Source: Savitreella phatthalungensis (taxonomy: Eukaryota). From it: a stretch of 64,000 nt of DNA. Below are positions 45,089-56,038 of this stretch, in pieces; the stretch's first letter is position 1; every line of letters begins with the position of its first letter. The DNA lies in assembly GCA_051599415.1 (NCBI GenBank), contig AP039693.1, positions 310,001 to 374,000 of the forward strand, written 5' to 3'. The notes below the pieces were generated by a model, which did no database searches, had not been told where the DNA came from, and saw only the letters and a list, made by a program, of their open reading frames with translations. The translations under genes and the position numbers were made by a program.

Positions 45089-46739
45089 GTCGACGACGGC
45101 GACAGTGCGCAGCGGAAATTCAGATTGTAGACGTGAGTTATACAGTTGCTTGAGGAATGCGGCGAGGGTTGCGGAGATTTGGATGTTCAAGGACGACCGC
45201 GGTTCTTAAAGTGAATCTTCAGAAACTCCCCGCTGCGATCTTGTGGCCGCCAGCGAACAATCGACGGAAGGCTTGATTTGACTTTGTAAAAGGCGTAAAA
45301 GAGAAGTCCGACTTGCCTTTCGTCATGGGCCAGCATGCAGAGTCACTTGTAATCACGACATCCTGCAAGATGGAGCCAGCATGATGAGCGTGGCACGCAG
45401 AACTCGGCACTGCCTGACCTTCAACTCGTTAGAATGATTCAAAGAAGAATGCTGGCCTCGCGTCGAGGTTGCTGGATTGCGGAACCTCGCCTCCGCGGTC
45501 CGCAGAGCTAGCAGAACGACGTCCTTTGATGAGTCGTCGGCTGCGCGAGAGTTGCATGGTGGGGATGATCGGAGCAAGGGCGCCAATGACGAATTGTAGG
45601 CGGAGGTGCTGGTCATTTAAACGAGACAAAGAATTTGGTTGACGCCGCCCAAGATGATCGTCACTTTTCTCGGATTCCAAGAATGGGTTTCTCGGCCTCA
45701 GAAGATAATCAGGGCTGTGCTAAGTAGCACGTTAGGCTAAGGAGATCAAAGACCATTTCTTGCTTTAAACTGTACCAGATTGCTCCATCGTCCAAATTAA
45801 GCGCCCCGATCGGGCCACGCTTTTCTTTGAATACACTTGAGCACAGTGACATTTTGAAAGGCAAAGGCCGAACTATCGGTCCAGCAGCACCTTTCTCCAT
45901 TGTTCGCCGCAAGAGGACTCCGAACGCCGAGATCCTTGGAAGCAGATCATGCCACCTACAGCAGAATGTATCGTGTGAATGGCAATTCGTCTGGCAAAGA
46001 GATCCACCGGTCTTTGTCAATCGGAACACACGGTATTGTAATCAGATGGCGGACAAGTCAAAAAGCTTTGTCATCCTTTGTCAATCGTCCAAAGAGCTTA
46101 TTGACCGACTTTCCATCAGTCAACGATAGCCATTTATCTGCGAGCCCGCTCAAGCTCGCACAAACCGAGCATAGAATGAGCGGCACTTATGAAGTGCAGA
46201 CAGTAAGGCTTGGCTGAAGGTCGTCTGAGCTCGACTGTGGCCTTGGCGACGTTTGAATGGCTTGTATCTTTCAGGCGGTCGCCGGTCTGTACTTGTCTAT
46301 GTATTTCCTTGTACACAAGCTCATGTGATTTCGCATACAATACTAAAAAGATTATCCTATCAAGCTGATTTGATCAAATTTAAATAGTGAAGAAGAATGA
46401 AAATCATCGAAAAGATTCGACATGTTCCATGGCTTAGGGCGATTATGATAGTGAAATACGAGTCTAAGATCAATTTGAACCATCAGAATGGGCAGGACGC
46501 TTTGTCACGAAGACTGTTGTGCAGACTGCTCAGCTGATACAGATTCTGGCACTCGCGTGCACTGCCTAGACGAGTGCTTGAGCCCAGGTTTGTCCAGCTG
46601 AAATTGTAAAGCTCTTTGTCCTCTCGGTTTTCTTAATTTTCGCAGCCGGCAAAATCATATTCCTCCGGTTCTAGACTGTTGACTTTGCGATAGTTTTCCC
46701 GTGCATCTGGCTTTCGAATTCATTCCACGTTGAGTTCAA

Positions 46740-47286
46740 ATGGCAACACTTACTTCTCGGACAGCGCTTCCTACATGCTTAAAAACTCGGCCATCCACAA
46801 GGCATTCAGGCGAACAGTCGAAACGTAGCAAGGTGAGATGTACTCATTCATTGTCTGGTTGAGGGAACTTGATTGTGATAGGCGCTGTTCCAGAACAGGT
46901 AGCCTCTGACGCGATTATGTCTCTTCTTCTTGCCTTGGGCAGCGTTTGCACGATTCTGTGGCAGCTTTCACATGCATGCACAAGAAGCTCTCAAAGGTTA
47001 TCGCATGCTATACTTTCATTCAGCTGCTGCCACCGACTGTGTTTCGTGCATGACCACGTCAGGAATTCCGAGCATGGTCGCTTGATTGTACATGTGCCAG
47101 AATGACTTGCGCTGCGCCTGCTTGCTCGGACAGCCATCATATGTCCACTATGGCTATATGCACGATTACGGATATGCGAGGAACCATGGTTATTCGATCA
47201 CGTGCCCGATATGCAAACGCCGGCTCCACACGCCGAGCACATTCGACCGGACATTCATTGTCAGTGTTGTACGGGCCTTTGTCTGA
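46740..47286 (+). CDS. putative 4-exon gene encoding a degenerate RING-variant (C4HC3-like) zinc finger protein, 136 aa
   Basis: Manual model: exons 46740-46832, 46882-46898, 46943-47057, 47101-47286; GT-AG introns of 49, 44 and 43 nt; product contains C..RLCF...CAC..G..SYVH..Y...TCPICKR. Confidence 0.5.
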
Positions 47287-47352
47287 TGAGCGTGTCGGGA
47301 TCAGAGAGACAGCGACCAATGATCATGTCCTGACATAAAGACTGAGACCAAC

Positions 47353-48690
47353 ATGATTGAAGTGACATTTCTTGTCGCGGCATGCGCTGCTCAGTATGCC
47401 TTGTTAATCAAGCTCGATCACATTCTGGCAGGCGACCTTGTCATGGATGAGAAATTCCACATCCCACAAGCACAAGCTTATTGTTCCGGCCAATTCGGAC
47501 ATTATGATGACAAGTTGACGACTCCGCCTGGTCTATATTTGCTCTCTTTCGCTCTGAACAAGCTTGGTCTACCTTGTTCCACTTTCGCCCTCCGCTTTCA
47601 GAACATGGTTCTGGGGACCGTATGCCTACCGCTCATTCTGGCATGGGCAGCGCGACTTCGGCCGCAGATTTGCAATTCAAGATCTGTTATAATCGTCAGT
47701 GTCTCTCCAATCTTCTCATTCTTCTGCCTTTTCTACTACACCGACATTTTGGGTACAATCCTAGTGCTTCTTACCTATGGCTTTGCCATTTCTCACCGAT
47801 CTCACAAGGCTGCTTTGACTGGTTTTCTGTCTCTGTGGGTGCGACAGACCAATTTCGTCTGGCTTGCAGCTTTGGCATTGATTGACGTTGCACAAGGCGC
47901 GGCTAAGACCTTCTGTCCACAGAAGCAAGCGCTTTCTGATCCCGCTGCAAAATCAAAAATCATCAGCATTGCGAGCGCAACCCTTGCATTGCCTCAGATC
48001 TTTCTCAACCATCCACGCGACCTGTTCCGCCGCTGTTCCCCATATGCTGTTCCTTTTGCCTTTGCTCTTGGCTTCCTACTGTGGAACAAGTCAATCGTGC
48101 TAGGACATCAGGAGTTTCACGAGGCTGGTCTATATCCTGTCCAGCTGGGCTATGTCTCCGCTTTCTGTGTTGCCTTGTCGTGGCCTTCGACTTTGTGGCA
48201 GTTATGGAGCTCGCAGTCGACTTTTCGAGCTGTCCACGGCCTACAGGTAGCAAGCCTTGTGATGCTCTTTGCTGCCGCTCTCAAATACACGGACCGAACG
48301 CATCCTTTCGTACTTGCTGACAATCGTCACATAGTCTTCTACGTGCACCGCTATATACTATCGCGGTGGCCGAGAATCGTTCTTGCGAGTATCTATGGAG
48401 CATCGACCTGGGTCACACTAATGCTGCTGGTCCAAACAGCGACTCCCATAGAATGTGCTGGAATTCTCACGGCAGGCGCGTTGACGCTGGTACCAACATC
48501 ACTACTCGAGCCCCGGTACTACATCGTTTTCTTCGCAATTTGGCGCCAGTATATGAAGCCTGTGCCGAGATGGGTGACGGCACTCGAGCTATGTCTCTGG
48601 ACTCTGCTCCATGTCGCTATCATGAGTATTTTCATTCACCGACCTTTTGGCTGGCCGGGAACACCGGGTCTGCAACGCATCATGTGGTGA
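47353..48690 (+). CDS. ALG10: Dol-P-Glc alpha-1,2-glucosyltransferase Alg10/Die2
   Basis: MDEKFHIPQAQAYC, DKLTTPPGLY, YYTDI, RQTNFVW, HPFVLADNRH..FY, LLEPRYY, QRIMW. Confidence 0.95.
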   Translation: MIEVTFLVAACAAQYALLIKLDHILAGDLVMDEKFHIPQAQAYCSGQFGHYDDKLTTPPGLYLLSFALNKLGLPCSTFALRFQNMVLGTVCLPLILAWAARLRPQICNSRSVIIVSVSPIFSFFCLFYYTDILGTILVLLTYGFAISHRSHKAALTGFLSLWVRQTNFVWLAALALIDVAQGAAKTFCPQKQALSDPAAKSKIISIASATLALPQIFLNHPRDLFRRCSPYAVPFAFALGFLLWNKSIVLGHQEFHEAGLYPVQLGYVSAFCVALSWPSTLWQLWSSQSTFRAVHGLQVASLVMLFAAALKYTDRTHPFVLADNRHIVFYVHRYILSRWPRIVLASIYGASTWVTLMLLVQTATPIECAGILTAGALTLVPTSLLEPRYYIVFFAIWRQYMKPVPRWVTALELCLWTLLHVAIMSIFIHRPFGWPGTPGLQRIMW

Positions 48691-48830
48691 TGCCTTGTGA
48701 CGCCTTTTGCAGATGCTCAGAAGCTCAAAGCAGGCACCTAGCACACCTGGAGTGCGTCTAACGGGACATACGTTTGATAGATTCGATGTAAAAAAAATGG
48801 CTACACCGATAGTTCTGGGTTGTGATCGGC

Positions 48831-49532
48831 ATGCAGTCCCGACGATGTCTGAAACCAACGACACCAATGACCTCCACTACTCCGTGTAGAAGGCTTCCAA
48901 CGACTGATTGCGATATAAATCAAAGCTTGGCATGTATACTCGAGCTTCAAACTGCGCATAGGCAATGTTGCAGTATGCTGTTCGATGCAGAGAGCGCGAA
49001 CTTAATCAACACAATTGACAGGCTTTGTCGTCAGATGGATATCCTCGAGAACCTTATTGAGCATATTACGCACGACTTGCCAGCAGTCCAGCAAGAATCT
49101 GAGACATATACATCTAAGAAGTCTGTTTCCGCAACGTGTCGGCCACAGATGACGGCGAAAGACGCAAACTCTGAACAATCGACACACCTGAACGACTCGC
49201 AAAGCCAGACATCTCCGCCTGATTTTGTACATCAGGGCGCTATCCGATATATGGACACAAATCACGCTGATTGTAGTCCGAAGACACAGAAGAGCGATGT
49301 GACGACTGACCAGGACACGATCTCTACAAAATGTGAGCAGTCTGGGTGCAATTGCCTTTATAAAAGCACTCAATCGCACTTCGCTCCGCGATACGGAAGA
49401 TTTACTATACAGAGGAGCCTTTCGTTGCCCCAACCGAACATGGCCGCAATCGGCGATGCGTTGTCAGCGCATGATCGTTCGCTATGGACATCTCCGATTT
49501 CGAAGACAGGTAAGACTCAAAGCATATCATGA
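48831..49532 (+). CDS. hypothetical protein (coiled-coil N-half)
   Basis: About 233 aa ORF; heptad-like LINTIDRLCRQMDILENLIEHI; 3' end uncertain. Confidence 0.45.
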   Translation: MQSRRCLKPTTPMTSTTPCRRLPTTDCDINQSLACILELQTAHRQCCSMLFDAESANLINTIDRLCRQMDILENLIEHITHDLPAVQQESETYTSKKSVSATCRPQMTAKDANSEQSTHLNDSQSQTSPPDFVHQGAIRYMDTNHADCSPKTQKSDVTTDQDTISTKCEQSGCNCLYKSTQSHFAPRYGRFTIQRSLSLPQPNMAAIGDALSAHDRSLWTSPISKTGKTQSIS

Positions 49533-50342
49533 CCAGATTTGAGAAAGTTGACGCATTGCTAGATGAAGGGGAGCGTAAAATTCAGGCTCGGCTGTCTAAA
49601 TCTTCAGGGTCCAACTACAGCATCGGGACTATGCGCAATCGTTTTGCAACGGGACCGCGCGTTAGTGTAAGGTCAAATCCGTTCGAACTCGAGGCCAATA
49701 CGAACGGCTCCTAATCGCACACAAAAGCCGATGTTTCCTCACAAACTTTAGCCACACGCGCCGGAGGAATGAATACAGCCTGATTGGTCGTCAATGTGAC
49801 CGCTATTGAGATGCTGCTCGAGCAATCGTCGCATGAATTGGGCCCTATGTTCACAGTATCACGCGATGAGAATTTTGGTCCGATGAGGTAACATTAAAGC
49901 ATGCACCCACCAGTTCACCAAGATCGCCACGACAGGGGACAAAGTTGCAGAAAGCGAGACATGAAGGCTCATGATGCCTTGTGAGTATTTCATACAGGTT
50001 TGAAAGGCTAGAGGCTGGATTGATCAACGTATCTTGATTGCAATTCTCCGTGAACGTGTATGGCATATCAATTGGGTCTGTCTTTCTCAAGTGCTCTCGG
50101 CTGCTGGCTGACTTCGTCTTTGCCACTGCGCGCACGTGATACAAATCTAACATTGATGTTCTCAATCGCATTGCATGATGATAGATGGAATATATTGTAC
50201 AGTCAATTTTGATATGCATATCTTTCTGGACGGGAGAATCGTTACCGGTACAACCATACATTGAGCACAGGAGTGCACGCTCTCCGAGCTTTTAGAGCAC
50301 AAGAGCATCAATCCTTCAAGAACGTCCTTGCGACACTCGGAG

Positions 50343-51035
50343 ATGTCACTCGCTAGAGAGCCTTCGCAAGACGAATCTCTTCCCCAAGACGTCATCGAGG
50401 TCCTGAGACATGCGCGATACCTCCATCTCGGAACGTCATGCAACGACTTCCCACATGTGTCTCTCATGAATTTTCTCCACGTTCCGGCTGGCAGTGTCGA
50501 CGACTTATCGCTGACAGGAGGTGATGCAGCAGATTGCGTCGCTCTCATCTGCAGTCGGCGAACGAAGAAGTACTTCAACATTGTAAAAAATCCGCGCGTT
50601 TCTTTGCTCGTTCACGACTGGAGCACGCGCGCGAGCCACGAGTCTACGACTGGCGGTGACAAAGCCAGCGACGAGGCTGGTGGCTTCTCTGATCGAGGTC
50701 TTCGTGAAGGCGGGCTTGCAAGCCTGCTATCTGCTCTCAATGCCGCAGCACTGTCGAAGCATTCCGTCACTTTAAGTGGCACCGCGGAGGTCGTCAGTGA
50801 TCCGGTCCGAGCAGCATTCTTTCGCGAGCGCATGAAAGGTGAAGGGACACGGGCACAGTGGTCACAAGAGGACGTGAAGTGCTGGGTTGAGTCAGACGAT
50901 ACGGATGTGGTCTTGGTCCATCTGGGCAGCGCACGAATCTCTGACCGCGGCGACCATGTTCATAAATGGAAGCAAGCCAATGCCCTCGACACGCCCTCTT
51001 CTGCAGGTCACACGCTGACGAATGACAATGTATGA
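50343..51035 (+). CDS. pyridoxamine 5'-phosphate oxidase-like FMN-binding split-barrel protein (YLR456W-like)
   Basis: LP.DV..VL..ARYLHLGT...FPHVSLMNF, TKKYFNI.KNPRVSLLVHDW, ARISD; ATG at 50343. Confidence 0.85.
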   Translation: MSLAREPSQDESLPQDVIEVLRHARYLHLGTSCNDFPHVSLMNFLHVPAGSVDDLSLTGGDAADCVALICSRRTKKYFNIVKNPRVSLLVHDWSTRASHESTTGGDKASDEAGGFSDRGLREGGLASLLSALNAAALSKHSVTLSGTAEVVSDPVRAAFFRERMKGEGTRAQWSQEDVKCWVESDDTDVVLVHLGSARISDRGDHVHKWKQANALDTPSSAGHTLTNDNV

Positions 51036-51137
51036 TTTTTATTTGTGCGTCAATCTTCTTTAAACACTTCTGACGACCACGACATTTTAGCGTAGCAGGC
51101 TCCATCTATCCAGTACCAACTCGTCATGCTTCCAGGG

Positions 51138-53654
51138 CTAATCCCACTCTGTTTGTCCTTCTCGCAATGCAAGTCTGCCATTCTTGCGACGCTCAATCTC
51201 CCACTTGGTGCACCATGCTTTCATTCTTTCTCGTGATTTGGCAGAGCCGACGTTGACCGTAGGGATGACGCGTTGTACATCGGCTGCCAGGAGAAAACAC
51301 ATGAGCTCTCTGAAAGACGAGTGCTCAGAATACGGCACTCCGTAACAAGCCGCCTTAGCGGTCGAGCCTCTCGCAGGTGTCATCCTGCGGAAGTCATATC
51401 GTGGTCGCCAAGATAAGATCGTCTCTACAGAAGGATTGTCGAGGAAGCGATCCTTTGGAGGACTGTATGTCCAACCCGTTCCGCGAAAACCCACAACTCG
51501 TCCGAAGTGAGGGTGCATAGTCGTCAGATAATCCTGTAGAGTCTCGGGACGTATCTCCTGGAGATAGGTCATGTGGACCTGCGCGGCATGGGGGTCATCC
51601 GTAAGACGGTTCGAGAGTTCATCATCTTCGAGACATTGAATAATTTCACGCTTTCGTCCAGTGGCAAAAATTTTAGAGTTCAGAGCTTTTGCGATTCCCA
51701 GAACGATGCGTTCTTTCCCTATCGAGTACGTGCCGACGACTACCAACAGTCGTCTCGTAGCCGGACCGTCGCACGTCAACGCGACCCTTTGGTCTGTTTT
51801 CGAAATCATTTCCGTGTTCTCGCCGGTCGCATCGTCCCGCTTCGTAAAAAATCGGCTAACGCCTGCTTTGTCGCGTGCTTCAGCGACCGGATTGCGCCCT
51901 TCAGTCATCAACCCGGCTAGGTCTCTACAGACGTATGAGCACGCCTCGATGACTTCATTTTGCGTTGGAAAGGCGTATTTTGGAGAAAGATACGTGGTGT
52001 CGAGGTAGATACAATCAATCCGCTTTTCGCGTAAAGAGGGATGCATAAGTTGTTCTGGTGTTGCGCGGAAATCACCGCAATGAAGATATCGTAATTGACG
52101 ACCCTTGAAGTAGGCTTCGAGCACAAAAATTGCCGAGCCTGGGCAGTGATTGGCATCGATCAACGTCACCGTGACACCTTGGACGTCTACTGGCGTGTCC
52201 ATCGGCAGTTTTACGATGAACTCCGGCTTGACCTTCAATTGCTGGATGCAGAGACTCCCTGTGATGGAAGAGCAGTAGATCGGCCCTGCATCCCAGGTTG
52301 CGGATAACCCGCCATAGTGGTCAGAGTGAAAGTGCGTAAGGATGTATCCGCTGATGCCAGGCACACGTCCGTACTTGAAGGCATCGACAGCTAATGGCAG
52401 AGGCGACATGATCTTGTAGAACGGACAGACGCGATCGCGATATCGGGTACCGCGCTGTGCCAACTCCGTCCTGGCAGCGGTGGCCCACTGTTTTTCTTCG
52501 GCATGGCCGACCATAATTTTCGAGAATGCTGATGGCACAGTAGGAGTTTCGATCTGAGGCTTCTCGTCAATATCCTCGACAATCTCGAAGTCTTCAGCGT
52601 CCTTGACTCTGTCTGCGTCCGGCTGCAGAGTCCAAGCATTACTGCTATCGGACTTCATCAACGGCGGAAAAGCATCGTTGAAGTCCAGGTCCATATCCAA
52701 CGAGGGATCCCTATTTGAGCGGGACAGTACAGCGCCCGTCGGGGACTTTTGTGCCAGAACAGACTGGTCTGCTTCGGACTTTATGATGGTATCAGGCTCA
52801 ATGGCTGGCCCAGTAATACGGACTGCGCATGAGTCTGGCTCAGCACTCGTGTCTGGCTGTGTCTTTGCTTCTGGCATATCCAAGCACGCGTTGACATGCG
52901 TGGCTCGTTTCGCCACCTCAAGAGCATTCAGGACCGCGCCGCAGATTGGACAGCTCACAGGCTGCTCTTGTAGCTCCGTTTCGTGGTCGCCATGCATTGG
53001 CGAACACCCGAATGTCTCTGCATTGTATTCTTGCCAACTCCATGTTTCATCCTCATCGTCAAGGGCCTTGTGCAGGGAGCCAAGCGTTCCGGAGTCGTGG
53101 AGGTCGAGCATATCACGCTCTTCTCTCATCGAGCTGTTCTCTTCACCTGCATCGAAGGTATTCCCAAAGCGGCGCTCGAAATCCGCTGACTCATTTGAGA
53201 TTGGGACTGCGGTCTGGTCAGCATCAATCTCTTCAGTCTCATGGTCCTCGTCAAAGACGAATGGCCCAGGACAATGAGAATTTCCAGGGCTGAGTGACAG
53301 GCATGGAGATGCTGATCCGTCAGGCTGTTTCAGCGAGTCGTATGGATCGCGAGCGCTGTCGAGCAATTTCCGCTTCGAGCCACCGTGCGCATGAGCACTG
53401 TTGCCGTATTCAGCACGGAACAGTGGAGCATCGCCGCGCAAGTTCGGGTAGAAGTCAAGCAGGTTAGTTGTACCTGCGCCGCCAGGAGCCGGAGTCTGCG
53501 TCGATGCTGCTTGCGCTCGTGATGCAGACGAGGTGACGCCCGTGCGCGACTGGGGAGACTTCTTGACAGCATGAGCAAAGGCGGCAGAAGTGCTCGCATT
53601 GGGCCTGCCCAAACTCTCCAGGAGAGTGCGCTGCTTCTTGGCTTGTGGGGCCAT
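51138..53654 (-). CDS. PSO2: DNA interstrand cross-link repair nuclease Pso2/Snm1 (metallo-beta-lactamase/beta-CASP)
   Basis: CPFYKI, VDAF.YG, LTHFHSDHYGGL, ANHCPGS, LHCGDFR, YLDTTY, GTYSIGKER, VPYSEHSSF; N-terminal UBZ-like CPIC...HVNAC. Confidence 0.95.
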   Translation of the reverse strand: MAPQAKKQRTLLESLGRPNASTSAAFAHAVKKSPQSRTGVTSSASRAQAASTQTPAPGGAGTTNLLDFYPNLRGDAPLFRAEYGNSAHAHGGSKRKLLDSARDPYDSLKQPDGSASPCLSLSPGNSHCPGPFVFDEDHETEEIDADQTAVPISNESADFERRFGNTFDAGEENSSMREERDMLDLHDSGTLGSLHKALDDEDETWSWQEYNAETFGCSPMHGDHETELQEQPVSCPICGAVLNALEVAKRATHVNACLDMPEAKTQPDTSAEPDSCAVRITGPAIEPDTIIKSEADQSVLAQKSPTGAVLSRSNRDPSLDMDLDFNDAFPPLMKSDSSNAWTLQPDADRVKDAEDFEIVEDIDEKPQIETPTVPSAFSKIMVGHAEEKQWATAARTELAQRGTRYRDRVCPFYKIMSPLPLAVDAFKYGRVPGISGYILTHFHSDHYGGLSATWDAGPIYCSSITGSLCIQQLKVKPEFIVKLPMDTPVDVQGVTVTLIDANHCPGSAIFVLEAYFKGRQLRYLHCGDFRATPEQLMHPSLREKRIDCIYLDTTYLSPKYAFPTQNEVIEACSYVCRDLAGLMTEGRNPVAEARDKAGVSRFFTKRDDATGENTEMISKTDQRVALTCDGPATRRLLVVVGTYSIGKERIVLGIAKALNSKIFATGRKREIIQCLEDDELSNRLTDDPHAAQVHMTYLQEIRPETLQDYLTTMHPHFGRVVGFRGTGWTYSPPKDRFLDNPSVETILSWRPRYDFRRMTPARGSTAKAACYGVPYSEHSSFRELMCFLLAADVQRVIPTVNVGSAKSRERMKAWCTKWEIERRKNGRLALREGQTEWD

Positions 53655-54205
53655 GCCAGTCAGGTGTAGAGCGACAGAAGAAGCTCAGAGGTACAGATCA
53701 AAGCATCCTGGATTATAACATCGTGGCACGCCGATCGTAAGTTCGGATGTGGTCAAGTTTTCCTGACGAGTCTTGCGTCCTTGGAGGATGGTACCGGAGA
53801 GTGTTCAATATCGATAATTTGATTTGAGTTAGATTTGTGCATGCACATATGATCAGTGATGGTACGTACATGATATTTTCACTGGTGATCCGTCGATTGA
53901 TCCCTCGCCTTTAATTGGATGTGGCAAAGACTTCGCATGCTTCAAAGTACATCAATGTATGTAGACTAGGGGGCACCAGGCCCGGGCGTTTGGCAGTCTG
54001 CAGACAATTTTCAGCAATCTTCACATAGCGCGCCCACGAGCGTGTAGTCTCACCATAATCCAGCATAATATCGTCTTGTGGTGGACTAATCGCACTTCCC
54101 CCGAGAGTAACTTAGTGGGTCAAACACGTGCCCTTGCGAACACCGTTCCTGCGAAGGCTCAACGGACCCGAAAGGTGGTGCATACGCCCTACGAAGGTTC
54201 ACGAC

Positions 54206-55006
54206 CTATTGGCCTTTCCGCTCCATATCAGAAGCCAGCAACGCTGCACCGACAATGTTGCTGAACTTGAAAACCTGATTGCCCATCGGTATAAGGTTGA
54301 GAAGTACAGTAGTAACTCCAAACGATGTCAGTGCGCCGGTGCGCTGCTCTGCTTGCTGTTTCTTGGCCTGCTCGGTGTATTGCTTCAATTGAAAGTACCG
54401 AGCGAGGAATCGTGGACCCGCACGTCTTCCATTGATGATGAGGAACACCATGGAGCCGACGACTGGGATCAAGTTCAACGGAATCGTGATGAGATAGCGG
54501 AAGAGGGCTTCAGGCGAGATGCGTTGCAATGGCGAGGTCATTTTTGCTCGCATGGCGGACAATCCAGCCTTACCGCGCGAATCCGACGCAGAAATCTCGC
54601 GACCTCTCGAGATAAGATCTCGGTGGCCGTGCTCTAGTAGAACCGTGTCAAAAATGAGGTCGCTCTTGTCTTCAATGATGAATGCTGCGATGATGTCCGT
54701 CAAAAGATTTGCTTCCGACAAGACGAGTGGGACCGCTGATAAAAAGCCGATCGGATTGAAAGTGAAAACAGTCATCAACATCGCCTGCGGAACATAAACA
54801 GTGGAGAAAAGGGTGACTGTAACTGCAGCAGCGAGCATCAGTCTGGGCACAAGCTGTGCCTTGATAATGTCGAGGATAGATTTGTGTGCGAGGGTGTAGT
54901 ATATACCTCTAATTGGATAGCTCCAGGCATTGCTTGTGACGACGTCCTTGCCAATCTCTGCAGCCCTGCGCGAGGCAGTCTCTGCCTGCTTGCGATAATC
55001 CGACAT
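54206..55006 (-). CDS. EI24/CysZ-like membrane protein (Lds/Rrt8 spore-wall family-like)
   Basis: AWSYPIRGIYY, YVPQA, IFDTVL, LPLNLIPVVG-like repeats, ARYFQLK, FSNIVGAALLASDME. Confidence 0.78.
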   Translation of the reverse strand: MSDYRKQAETASRRAAEIGKDVVTSNAWSYPIRGIYYTLAHKSILDIIKAQLVPRLMLAAAVTVTLFSTVYVPQAMLMTVFTFNPIGFLSAVPLVLSEANLLTDIIAAFIIEDKSDLIFDTVLLEHGHRDLISRGREISASDSRGKAGLSAMRAKMTSPLQRISPEALFRYLITIPLNLIPVVGSMVFLIINGRRAGPRFLARYFQLKQYTEQAKKQQAEQRTGALTSFGVTTVLLNLIPMGNQVFKFSNIVGAALLASDMERKGQ

Positions 55007-55775
55007 TCTTCAAACGTTGTTGCTGCAAACTTGGCGCACAATAATTTGTTCTTGCGGTGTCTTCGTGGTGGCCATGTGCATCGCAGAATGTCAGTCGAAA
55101 GTATGTCGTCATTTTGGCAGAACACGATTAAATTAGTCTTCGGCTATAGTGCATCCAGAAACAGCTCCATATGTTATGCCGCCAACAGAATTGAGTGACA
55201 ATGAGACAGGTGAATTAAGCCATCGACAGGTGCATGCGCCGACACTTACCCCACAGATTTCCCACATATCTGACCCATTTCAGTGCAACGCCACGTATTG
55301 ATCTTCCTAATACGATAACACGTTCCATACAATGAAGACACATCAGAAATTGATCGGTAGAAGAGGACTTAAGAGGCGCATGAGCTACAGAAATTCGATA
55401 GACTCATCGATCTACCAATAAGACCAACGGGCACTGGAGCGAAGGAGCTCGAGGCATGAGAGCAAAAAGTAGAGAAGAAAGAACCCAGCACAGCCATACA
55501 TCCATCAATCATCCTTGTACCACATATTGGTCTCCCACCGAAGCAGCCTTTGCTACCGAAGCTAGAGCTTCAGCACTTGTCAGGTAATCGCTATTCGTCA
55601 ACCTCGTGCAGTCACTCATCAATCTGCAGATGCAGCCCTGAGCCATCCTGTTGAGCTAATGCTATTGGAGAACCTTCTTTTATCATAGTCAGGATAATTA
55701 CACGAAGCCGCTTATCATAGTCTGGATAATTCCAGGAAGCCTATACATATGCAGAATTAGACATCGACAGCGCGG

Positions 55776-55814
55776 AGAGAGAGTGGATGCCGGAGAGAGA
55801 GAGAGAGAGTGGAT
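55776..55814. repeat. GA dinucleotide runs in a duplicated GAGAGAGTGGAT unit
   Basis: gagagagtggatgccgg followed by (ag)n and gtggat, seen directly. Confidence 0.7.
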
Positions 55815-56038
55815 ATCGCTTGCGAAAACAGCGGGATCCCGCTCACTACTTGTCATTCGATGTCGTGCAAGTGCTTTATCTTGTTGACAGGTGTCTCGAT
55901 AGATCATTATCCGTGACATTACACCGGCGCCAGCAAATCTATCACGATGGCAAGCGTCAGTAATTGCCAGTCAGCCGGCGCTTTGGACATATTCAAGCGA
56001 TGAAATAGTCACAGGTCCTCAGTCGAGGTTGAGGGTGC

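Noticed and set aside
49851..50261. 136 aa minus-strand ORF
   Set aside because: No motif or homology that I can recognise; it cannot be supported as a gene
52603..53277. Long antisense ORFs (here, and 54128-54637, 43726-44328, 34959-35468)
   Set aside because: Antisense or alternative-frame shadows of real genes, with no recognisable motifs
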